This document shows positions 1-10,324 of a stretch of 64,000 nt of DNA, one piece after another. The stretch's first letter is position 1, and each line of letters starts with the position of its first letter. Source of the DNA: Octopus bimaculoides (Eukaryota); contig NC_069001.1 of NCBI RefSeq assembly GCF_001194135.2, positions 31,201,590-31,265,589 on the forward strand, given 5' to 3'. The notes under the pieces were generated by a model. That model worked only from the letters and a program-made list of their open reading frames with translations. It was not told where the DNA came from and searched no databases. A program made the translations under genes and the position numbers.

Positions 1-45
1 CTTGGTTTGTGTTTGCCACCTTGGAATCCTCTGTGTAGTTGGTTG

Positions 46-108
46 ATCCACTACTCAGGAAGAGACTATTCTAGAGTACGTCCTGTCTGGTCTTCGAAAC
101 GTCTGGAT
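46..108 (+). ncRNA. Degenerate hammerhead-like motif in a possible Penelope-like repeat tail
   Basis: ATCCA..CTCAGGA-AGAGAC...GTCTTC-GAAAC-GTC-TGGAT. Stem I ATCCA/TGGAT and palindromic GAAACGTC are present, but the 5' core is non-canonical. A separate CTGATGA lies at 122-128. Confidence 0.25.
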
Positions 109-284
109 AGAATAGAGACAGCTGATGAAGGGATATTCCAAGGGGCTTTCCGTTTTCCTATGTGTTCGTTCCATTGTCTGTAGTTTATTGTTCTAACGTC
201 CTGTACCCTGATATGCATGTATATACACATGTAGATGTAAGTATGTACATATATGTGTGTATACATGTATATATATATTCTTTG

Positions 285-324
<40 letters not shown>

Positions 325-436
325 TATCGAACACACATACAAAAGTATGTGTTTTGCAAGTTCGTGGTAGGCTGCACTTATAGGCGTAAGAGAATGTATT
401 CCCGTCAATGTGCCTGGTGATAAGACACACACATAC

Positions 437-475
<39 letters not shown>

Positions 476-532
476 AATGAAAACAAAAGAAAATGTGTCG
501 TAGGCTTCATATATATCACGTTATATATATAT

Positions 533-937
533 TCCTTTATTCTTTTATTTCAGTCGTTTGACTGTGGCCATACTGGAGTACTGCCTTCAGTCGAACAAAT
601 CGCCCCCAGAACTTATTCCTTGTAAGCCCAGTACTTATTCTATCGGTTTCTTTGCCGAACCGCTAAGTTACGGAGACGTAAACACACCAGCATCAGTTGT
701 CAAGCGATGATGCGGGGACAAATACACACACGCACACACACACACACATACACACACACACACATAGATATATATATATACGACGGGCTTCCTTCAGTTT
801 CCATCTACCAAATCTACTCACAAAGCTTTGGTCGGCCCGAGGCTATAGTAGAAGACACCTGCCCAAGGTACCACGCAGTGGGACTGAACCAGGAACCTTG
901 TGGCTGGTAAGCAAGCTACTTACCACATAGCCATGCC
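533..937 (-). mobile_element. tRNA-derived SINE family A (two arms around an internal microsatellite), near full length
   Basis: A/B-box-like head, internal (CA)n/(TA)n, and tail ...CAGTATGGCCACAGTCAAACGACTGAAAT. Matches about 20 other copies in the window. Confidence 0.85.
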
Positions 938-965
938 TATATAAATATCTCTTTCNNNNNNNNNN

Positions 966-1012
<47 letters not shown>

Positions 1013-1028
1013 GTGTGTATGTTTGTGC

Positions 1029-1358
1029 GTAGCTGAGTAGTAAGAAGCTTGCTTCCGAACCAAATGGTTCCGAGTTCAGTCCCACTGCGTGGCACCTTGG
1101 GCAAGTATCTTTTAATATAGCCTCGGGCCGACTCAAGTCTTATGAATGGATTTGATACGCATAAACTGTAAGCCTTTCGTATTTATGTATGTACGCGAGC
1201 GCGCGCGCGTCTGTGTGTATTTGTGTTTATCATCGACCTACGCCTGACAACCGCTATTGGTTTGTTTATATTCCCATAACAAGTATTTGGGTCGATTCGA
1301 CAAAATCCGTCCACATGGAGCCCGGCATGGCCACATTTCATTGACTGAAAAAGAAAGA
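1029..1358 (+). mobile_element. SINE family A, diverged and internally deleted copy
   Basis: Head GTAGCTGAGTAGTAAG...GAGTTCAGTCCCACTGCGTGGCACC; tail GCATGGCCAC...GACTGAAA. Confidence 0.75.
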
Positions 1359-1363
1359 AGATC

Positions 1364-1527
1364 AGGTCGCCGGCGTGGCTATGTGGTAAGAAGCTTGTTT
1401 TCCAGCTACATGGATCTAGGTTCAGCCGCACTGTGTGGCACCTTGGGCAAGTGTCCCCTACTTGGCTTGGGTTTAATCTAAGCTTTTGCGTGGATTTGGT
1501 AGACGAAAGCTTGAAACAAGCCCATCG

Positions 1528-1564
<37 letters not shown>

Positions 1565-1777
1565 TTATATATATATATACATATTTATTTATTTGTGTGT
1601 TTGTCCCGTTTGACAACGGCTGTTGGTGGATTTACGTCCCTGTAACTTAGCAGTTTGGCGAGAGACACCGATGGGTTCAGTACTACGCTTTCAAAATAAG
1701 TCCTGGGGTCGATTTTTTCGACTAAAACCCATCAAGATGGTGATCCAGCATGGCCGCAGTCAATAAGAGAATAAAAG
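1364..1777 (+). mobile_element. SINE family A, full-length diverged copy
   Basis: Head GTGGCTATGTGG...GGTTCAG, internal (TA)n, tail CCAGCATGGCCGCAGTCAA. Confidence 0.8.
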
Positions 1778-2320
1778 ATCTGTATGCGTGTATCGGAGGG
1801 GGTGCACTCATATACAAAGAAATACCCACACGCACTTAAACATACTCATATACAACAGACTTGCATTCATCATAGGACGACACACTTCTCTTCTATGATG
1901 TGTCTTAGAGTTACATGCTGTCTGTCTAATCTTGCACCATACAGACTTAATGCCGCAGACAAACGGATTAATGATTTATATCAACATTTGTTGAGAACAT
2001 TCGAAGAAAATTATTTCTCTGAGACTAATTATGATGTATTCTGTACGTGTGTGTTTTGTAACGTGAATATAATGCGTATATGTGTATGTGTAAGTATGCA
2101 GATGTGTGTAACTATATATATATATAAAGTATTTGTATATATATAAGTATGTATGTACATATATATAAGTATGTATGTACATATATATGTATGTGTGTAT
2201 ATATACATATATATTTAAGTATATATTTAAGCATATGTTTGTGCGTAAATATATATATATATGTTTACATATGTATGTGTATATAAATATATATGCATAT
2301 GTTTATATATGCAAACGTAG

Positions 2321-2351
<31 letters not shown>

Positions 2352-2510
2352 TGTGTATATGCACGTATATGTATGTGAACATATATATATATATACACAA
2401 ATGCATATTTAGAGATATCAATATGCATACATTTATACACGCACACAAATTTATATATATTTGTATGTAATATGTATATAAATATATATATATGTGTGTG
2501 TGTGTGTATG

Positions 2511-2587
<77 letters not shown>

Positions 2588-2903
2588 CATAAACATACAC
2601 TAAATGGTTTTCAAGAATTCTCATTAATTTCAAATAATTTCCCTTATTCAGCTATATCTAATATGCAGTTTGTACTCTGTTAGTTAATGAATTAAATTTG
2701 AAATGAACACATTGTTCTCTTTGATAGAATTGGCGATAAAAACAGCAACTATCATTTGTTTGTCTCAGTTTCTTCATAAGTCACGTTCATATATTGGATA
2801 ATTAGCTTAATTTGATTAAAGCTTTACTCGATTTACCTGAAGAATCTCTCTTAGTCATTATTATTATTGACATCTTCTCATGTATATTGCACACCAACAT
2901 GCA

Positions 2904-2945
<42 letters not shown>

Positions 2946-3145
2946 TCCAGGATTTGAAAGCATCGGGTATATGAATAGTAAGAGCACCAAAATAGAGTCG
3001 CGGATCATGCACCAGTGTAGCAACAGTGTATACGAATGTATACGCACTTACTAGGGTAAATACAGATTTGCCCTTCCGGATATGCATACGTTCACTGGTA
3101 ACCGTCTGAATCCACAATGTGTCATCAAAGTTATACAAACCTGTA

Positions 3146-3230
3146 TTCACCTGATGAAAGCGGTTTTTTATTGCATGATGTAACACTTTTGTTCGTGAAT
3201 AAAGAAGCCGTTTGAAACAACTGTAGTGAA
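3146..3230 (+). ncRNA. Type I hammerhead ribozyme motif, canonical core
   Basis: TTCAC-CTGATGA-AAGCGGTTT-(38 nt)-AAGCCGTTT-GAAAC-AACT-GTA-GTGAA. Stem I 5 bp; stem II 9 bp with two G-U pairs and extendable; short stem III; GUA cleavage triplet. Confidence 0.7.
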
Positions 3231-3270
3231 CCCCGACCCGTGTGTTACATATATATATATATATATATAT

Positions 3271-3402
3271 ACTCCTTTGCTTGTTTCAGTCATTTGACTG
3301 CGGCCATCCTGGAGCAACGCTTTCAAGGGATTTTAGTCGAAGAAATCGACTCCAGGAATTATTTTTTGTAAGCTTAGTACTTATTATATCAGTTTCTTTT
3401 AC
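3271..3402 (-). mobile_element. SINE family A 3' arm, truncated
   Basis: CTTGTTTCAGTCATTTGACTGCGGCCATCCTGGAGC matches the family tail. Confidence 0.8.
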
Positions 3403-3687
3403 AGTTCTATATTTAAGAGATGAGGAATTATTTACATTATTTACATTATCTACATTTGACGGATATTCGTCCTCATCTTGTTTGTTGTTAACACAACGTT
3501 TCGGCTGATATACCCTCCAGCCTTCGTCAGGTGTCTTGGGGAAATTTCGAACCTGGGTTCTCATTCCTATCGATGTTACTATTACTATTATTATTATATT
3601 ATTATTATTAATCAGGTCGCTGCCGTGAATCGAACTCGGAACCTTGGGGTTAGTAGCTCGCGCTCTTAACCACTACGCCATATGCCC
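3403..3687 (-). mobile_element. tRNA-headed, hammerhead-containing non-autonomous retroelement (SINE/Penelope-like hybrid)
   Basis: On the minus strand: tRNA-like head (3687-3614) with A box TGGCGTAGTGG and B box GAGTTCGATTC, then a (TAA)-rich linker, a hammerhead (3535-3490) and an AT-rich structured 3' end. The 3' part recurs at 60016-60124. Confidence 0.7.
3490..3535 (-). ncRNA. Minimal type I hammerhead ribozyme (Penelope-like, palindromic stem III)
   Basis: Minus strand reads GACAC-CTGACGA-A-GGCTG-GAGGGTATAT-CAGCC-GAAAC-GTT-GTGTT. Stem I 5 bp, stem II 5 bp, ACGT palindrome in place of stem III. Confidence 0.75.
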
Positions 3688-3719
3688 ACGGGCATATGGC
3701 GTAGTGGTTAAGAGCGCGA
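3658..3719. repeat. Perfect 30-bp inverted repeat with 2-nt spacer
   Basis: TCGCGCTCTTAACCACTACGCCATATGCCC-AC-GGGCATATGGCGTAGTGGTTAAGAGCGCGA. Confidence 0.95.
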
Positions 3720-3898
3720 AATTTTGGGGGAGGGAGCTAGTCATGGTAGACAATGCTAAACTCTAAGCAGTTAAAGAAGTCTCATTGACTGAAACCGGTA
3801 CTGAAATGTTTTTTATAAAATTATTTTAGCATTTTCTACTTTGACTTCTTTTCCCTATATATATGTATCAACTTGTGTGTTCCTTTTCAACCTTCTAC

Positions 3899-3945
<47 letters not shown>

Positions 3946-4164
3946 GCACCTCCTTCATTGATTTCTATCAGAAGCAACCGTTACTAGACTTTCAAACTGG
4001 ATTTTCAAGCGTGACTAATTGCGACTACTAATATTATCCAATCATTTCATTTTTCGTCTACCCCTGGGTTTCCTGCCAGTTTGCTTGGCTTGAAGAATCC
4101 GTCTTACGAATTTTTCCTCCTTCTAATCACATATCCGTAGCTGTGACCCTTCAATGCTGAGAAG

Positions 4165-4270
4165 TAACGGCGACTGCAGGTCTTCTATAAACAGCTTTGC
4201 CTAGACTTGTACCTCGGAGGGGAACTTTCTACGCGCAACCCCATGGTCATCCATGAGCGAAATAGGTTTT
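4165..4270 (+). mobile_element. 3' tail fragment of SINE family D
   Basis: GGTCTTCTATAAACAGCTTTGCCTAGACTTGT...CCATGGTCATCCATGAGCGAA resembles the 3' part of 51490-51781. Confidence 0.6.
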
Positions 4271-5196
4271 TGTATGTATATATTTGTATATGCATGAATA
4301 AATAATGGCGGTATTCGTCAGTAAGTGTATGTTATCGTGAAGGCTTGGGGTATGCTAGTTACGTTTCTTGACGAGAACAAAAATACAAAAAAGATTACTT
4401 TCAAAAGACTATTATATACGTTTGACGTTATTTAAAATCCTCAATGTCAGAGATAATAAAAGAGAAAGATTATGACACTAAATGTATATTTGAACAATGC
4501 CTAAGTTTTGGCGTTATGTGAATTATGTAACCGTCTGACATTCGGAACATCCTTGGAGAACTTGGAGAAAGATCATGTTTCGAAGTATACTTAATAGAGA
4601 AGCCAATATAAGTTCGTTGAATACAGTCATGTAATTTTAGAAAGTTATAAATATGTATAAACAGAATTTAGAATTATTAATTATTACAATTTTCTGCCGT
4701 TGTAATATTTCGGTGGTGAATAATCGAAATATTGAAATAAATATAGCAATTAAAGTAAATTAAAAGCCAAATAGGTGATAAATAACTTGATACAGTGTTA
4801 AGAATATAAATTGCATGGGTTATATATGAAAATTCTATACGTGGAAATGCTGAAAGTTTACTGGCTTTGTGTAAAAGGAAATACAGGAGGATCAGTTAAT
4901 TATGATTTTATTCAACATATTCCCCTCTCCGATAAACATACTTATTGCAGCAGTCCTTCAGTTTTTCTAAGCTCTGTAAAATAACTTTAAAGTTTGGGCC
5001 TCCAGCCAGGGCTTTCGCGACACGCTTCATGCCAGGAACTTTTCAGCATCTCCCTTGTATATAAATATAAACATGCATATATACATCCACCCAAGCATAT
5101 ACATACACAAATTCTTCGTTTACTCTCATCCTTGCCTCCTCTTCACAGCAAACACAGATCTACATACACATATACAAGCATACATATATACATCAT

Positions 5197-5388
5197 TTCT
5201 ACTCAAGGCACAAGGCCCGAAATTTTGGGGGAGGGAGCTAGTCGATTAGATCGACCCCAGTACGCAACTGATACTTAATTCATCGACCCCGAAAGATGAA
5301 AGGCAAAGTCGACTCTGGCGGAATTTGAACTTAGAACGTAAAGACAGATGAAATAACGCTAAGCATTTCGCCTGGCGGGCTAACGTTT
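5197..5388 (-). mobile_element. tRNA-derived SINE family B (Deu/Nin-like central domain)
   Basis: Minus strand has B box AAGTTCAAATTCC and central GTCGACTTTGCCTTTCATCTTTCGGGGTCGATGAATTAAGTATC. Confidence 0.85.
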
Positions 5389-5530
5389 ATTTATTTATTG
5401 CTCACAAGGGGCTAAACATAGAGGGGACAAACAAGGACAGACAAAGGGATTAAGTCGATTACAACGATTCCAGTGCGTAACTGGTACCTAATTTATCGAC
5501 GCCGAAAGGATGAAAGGCAAAGTCGACACC
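5389..5530 (-). mobile_element. SINE family B 3' half with an alternative tail ending (AAAT)n
   Basis: Same central domain as 5197-5388 but a different 3' end; abuts that copy. Confidence 0.7.
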
Positions 5531-5569
5531 AAAGTGTGTATGTATGTATGTATGTATGTATGTATGTAT

Positions 5570-5697
5570 ACACGATGGGTTTCATGCAGTTTCAGCCATC
5601 TAAATTCACTCAGGTAGCCCTGGGATATACTAGAAGACACATCACCAAACTAACGAAACCGTGTGGTTGCAAGGTGTGCTTCTTAACCACATAGCTA
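5570..5697 (-). mobile_element. SINE family A 5' arm, degenerate
   Basis: CGATGGGTTTCATGCAGTTTC...CTTCTTAACCACATAGC. Confidence 0.6.
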
Positions 5698-6984
5698 TGA
5701 AAAATATAATTTAATTTATCATTTTTTTTTCTTATAAAAATATATTATATATGGTGTATAATTTTGATAATATAACGACTTGGGAAATATATTACTCTAA
5801 ATGATTTACACTTTATGATTACTGAGATGGCGTGTGTCTTGCAGATTATTTTTATTGTATCTATATTTGTATTAATTTTTTGCTGGTAAGAAAGAAAAAT
5901 AATAAATAATGATAGGTTAAAATTGAAATATTCACACAGCGATACACATGGGATGTTTATATTTGAAATATGAAATTGTGTGTGTAAGTATGATCTTTCT
6001 AATTTTATAATGTAAGTTAGGTGTTAATGTAATTATAAAATAATGATTTAAATGTAAGTTATATCAATTGTGATTTAAAATTTATACCACTACGGCTGTT
6101 CTTCGCGCGTAAGTATGATTCGATACTGTGTATCGTGTTTTGCTAATTGTTTTAGGTGCTTATGTAGAGCAAGAATATACAGACACACTTATCAGAGAGT
6201 AGACTCACTTGTCTGAGTGCGTTTCATTATATCAGCCGCTAGTGATATATGTAGACAGTAATGGAAAACGAAGGGAATTCGCGTTCAGCCGGCAGGCTGA
6301 ATAGAAATTCCTGATTTGTGACGGAAATAGTATCAATTCAAAAGCAAACTGTATATCATACTGAAAGTATGTTTAACTAAATCAATTGCCGATGATTTTA
6401 GCTCAGTCTACAGTGTCAGTAAATGCTTGCTATTGATGAAGTTCAAAGAAACTGAAATACATATTTAGCAATGCCTCCGCCTTTGTTGGATGAATTTTTG
6501 TCTACTGCTTATATAGTATTTTGTTATCTAACACTATACGTCTAAAAGAAATCCTTTCTCGAGTGAATACCGCAGCTTAGCAGGTTTTTAATGCTATATT
6601 CAATGGTGTTGCCCTTGCACGACCGTAGCTGTAAAGCTGAAACACTTTGAAGAATTTAAAGAATTAAAGAACTATATCAGCTTCAGATATGATATACAGA
6701 TTTATATAGATCCACATGAAGCGGGGCTAGATATTTCCAAGAAGGAACCTGAACTTCTGCGGCCCAAGATTCCAGATGGAGCTACATCATGTCAAGAAAC
6801 TCAAGAGAGAGCAGCAATATCAAATTCCCTCCTTTACCAATGACGAGAGAATGGGCATTGAAAATGTGATATACTCGTAGCACCCCAGTATGGCCACAAC
6901 CACGGGCTGAAATGCATAAAACAATGTATGTATGTATGTATGTAGACAAGCAGGTCAATATTCCCTCTGAACAGAACTCCAGTC

Positions 6985-7128
6985 AAGTTTACCCATTGAC
7001 AGCTGAGCGGACTGAGCGACAGGAGATTAAGCCTTTTGCTCAAGAACACAACGCGCAGCCGACTGGGGATTGAAACCACGATCTTGTGATGGGGAGAGCA
7101 GTACTCACAACCAATAGGCCACGCACCT
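6985..7128 (-). mobile_element. tRNA/CORE-like SINE 5' half (family C/D related)
   Basis: Minus-strand head GCGTGGCCTATTGGTTG...GGTTTCAATCCCC followed by GTGTTCTTGAGCAAAAGGCTTAA and CTCAGTCCGCTCAGCTGTCAATGGGT. Confidence 0.65.
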
Positions 7129-7142
7129 TATATATATATATA

Positions 7143-7175
<33 letters not shown>

Positions 7176-7319
7176 ATACATTTACTCTTTCTCTTTACTC
7201 TTATATATATATATATATATATATATATGGGAGAATATACAAATATTAACAACAGACGAGGACAGGTGGTGTAAATAACAAAAGTATATATTAGTATGAC
7301 GCTCGGGAATACGGAAAGT

Positions 7320-7354
7320 CTTTGACGTTTCGAGCTACGCTCTTCAACAGAAAG
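7320..7354 (-). ncRNA. Minimal hammerhead-like motif with variant core (A6 to U)
   Basis: Minus strand reads CTTT-CTGTTGA-A-GAGC-GTA-GCTC-GAAAC-GTC-AAAG. Stem I 4 bp, stem II 4 bp, ACGT palindrome. Confidence 0.55.
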
Positions 7355-8010
7355 GATACGGAGACAAGGAGAAAAACACGGAGAAAAAAAATTGAATAGT
7401 GTTCAGTCAACGGTCAATCAATATATATATATATAGTTACATATATTCGTTCAANNNNNNNNNNNNNNNNNNNNNNNNNNNNNNNNNNNNNNNNNNNNNN
7501 NNNNNNNNNNNNNNNNNNNNNNNNNNNNNNNNNNNNNNNNNNNNNNNNNNNNNNNNNNNNNNNNNNNNNNNNNNNNNNNNNNNNNNNNNNNNNNNNNNNN
7601 NNNNNNNNNNNNNNNNNNNNNNNNNNNNNNNNNNNNNNNNNNNNNNNNNNNNNNNNNNNNNNNNNNNNNNNNNNNNNNNNNNNNNNNNNNNNNNNNNNNN
7701 NNNNNNNNNNNNNNNNNNNNNNNNNNNNNNNNNNNNNNNNNNNNNNNNNNNNNNNNNNNNNNNNNNNNNNNNNNNNNNNNNNNNNNNNNNNNNNNNNNNN
7801 NNNNNNNNNNNNNNNNNNNATATATATATATATATATATATACAGAGAGAGAGAGAGAGATAGCATAATGTGCTTGTTCGTAGAAACAAGCAATAGTTTT
7901 ACATTGAAGAAAGAACTCAATACTCCAGAAAATGGATAAAAATGAATACATAGAAACACACACACACATGCACATATATATATATATGCACACACACACC
8001 GTCTCATACA

Positions 8011-8041
<31 letters not shown>

Positions 8042-9235
8042 GAATCTAACTGCTCGAGAGTAAAATACTTATTAAGAAAACGACATACATCGAATTTTCA
8101 AAAGTTTTTCTGCAATACAACCTTCTCTTGAAAGGCCATCTTCTTGGCACACCGCGTTCTACTCTTCAGGAAGACTTCTGCCAAGACACTTTTCTTTATC
8201 TCCGAATAAATGTCGGGTCACCTCTTGACCTTTGCTGTCAATCATGTTAATTGATGATCAGATCAAAGATCTTATTCGTAACATCTATCGGTTTATCTTA
8301 AAATAGGTTATATATGTGCGATTGCTCTATATACTCCGCTTCGTAAATGTTTTTATTCTTTCTCTCTTGCTCACTTTTCCCTCTCGTTTTATTTTCTGTC
8401 TTTCGTATATACACACACACACACAAATGATACATATATGCATACAAATAGATATATATATATAGACATAATTATATTGGCATTCGCTGATTGAAATGCT
8501 TCTTTCGGTGATTGCCTTTTCTATTTATAGTTATCTCTCATATAAAACTCTGTAAATATTGTCCTATAGATATACTTTGCATCCATATTTCATGTGGTTC
8601 TATTAGCTATATCTACATTATTTATATTTGCTATCTATAATTTTATTTCTTTCAATATGTTCCTCCATATGTTTATCTGTCATTCACCTTCTCTCGCACA
8701 AACAATTTTATATACACGCATACACATGTATGCATTCACTCACACACACACTTATACATACATGCATACGTACGTAGGTACGTACATACGAAGATACATG
8801 AAACAAAACATACACAACTGGACATGCACTCACTCAGTATTCCACGCATTCACACAAACATGCGCAAATACCCTGCTGGTTTTGGTGAAATTCCAATGAA
8901 GAAGCCTTGAATCTAGGTTAGGAAGTGAATCTTTCTCTTTTGGCAAAGGATCTTCAAATAAAACTGAATAACTACATACATACATACAAACATACATACA
9001 CAAATACATACGTACATACATACACAAAGTGGCCTGAAACCTCGCAAGCTGAGAAAGTCGATTAGTATCTAAATCTCCAGTTTGAAAAATATATATGAAC
9101 AAACTGTACACCCCGTATTGAATATTATCTTCCAGTTCTTTCTTTTATAAAAATTGCTTGGAGTTTATTTATATGACTCGTCGAGAGCGCATGCATATGT
9201 ATACGCACACAGACACACACACACACACATATATT

Positions 9236-9277
<42 letters not shown>

Positions 9278-10290
9278 CCCATACCCACCTTCCCCCTCTC
9301 TCAATCCCCCTTCCCTCTCTTATACCCACCCTCTCTCCTCTCTTCCTCTCCCCTCCNNNNNNNNNNNNNNNNNNNNNNNNNNNNNNNNNNNNNNNNNNNN
9401 NNNNNNNNNNNNNNNNNNNNNNNNNNNNNNNNNNNNNNNNNNNNNNNNNNNNNNNNNNNNNNNNNNNNNNNNNNNNNNNNNNNNNNNNNNNNNNNNNNNN
9501 NNNNNNNNNNNNNNNNNNNNNNNNNNNNNNNNNNNNNNNNNNNNNNNNNNNNNNNNNNNNNNNNNNNNNNNNNNNNNNNNNNNNNNNNNNNNNNNNNNNN
9601 NNNNNNNNNNNNNNNNNNNNNNNNNNNNNNNNNNNNNNNNNNNNNNNNNNNNNNNNNNNNNNNNNNNNNNNNNNNNNNNNNNNNNNNNNNNNNNNNNNNN
9701 NNNNNNNNNNNNNNNNNNNNNNNNNNNNNNNNNNNNNNNNNNNNNNNNNNNNNNNNNNNNNNNNNNNNNNNNNNNNNNNNNNNNNNNNNNNNNNNNNNNN
9801 NNNNNNNNNNNNNNNNNNNNNNNNNNNNNNNNNNNNNNNNNNNNNNNNNNNNNNNNNNNNNNNNNNNNNNNNNNNNNNNNNNNNNNNNNNNNNNNNNNNN
9901 NNNNNNNNNNNNNNNNNNNNNNNNNNNNNNNNNNNNNNNNNNNNNNNNNNNNNNNNNNNNNNNNNNNNNNNNNNNNNNTCTATCTTAATGAATAAAAATT
10001 CTTCTGATAGAATAAATGGGTTAATAGAAACCAATGTAGCAAAGAACACAAAATAACTGTGGTTAGCTCCTGTTTTTAAGGCAGGAACTCCTTGAAATTT
10101 TGGGCATTTGAGTATATTTAAGAATTTATGGATTGGAGAAAACGCATGTTATAATTGCATACTTTATTCCTACATATGTTTCAAAGGATTACAACCTGTG
10201 TGATCCATAGGGATCTTTGATATTAAAATTGTAACCTTCTCATCAGGGAAAGCATGGGAATCATCTTAAACGTAAGACATTATGACCGAT

Positions 10291-10324
<34 letters not shown>

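Noticed and set aside
162-2683. Numerous YI/HT/CV-repeat ORFs here and throughout the window
   Set aside because: Translations of (TA)n, (CA)n and (TG)n microsatellites.
3612-3687. Functional tRNA gene
   Set aside because: A and B boxes are present, but the acceptor and anticodon stems pair poorly and the Ser-type variable arm is absent; better explained as a SINE head.
6109-6155. 47-nt GTAAGT...TTTAG intron
   Set aside because: Probably too short for an animal spliceosomal intron, and there is no supporting upstream exon.
7399-10056. ORFs of 150-330 aa spanning N-runs (here and at 13900, 18639, 19965, 31565, 36639, 42650, 46101 and 47642)
   Set aside because: Their length comes from untranslatable gaps.
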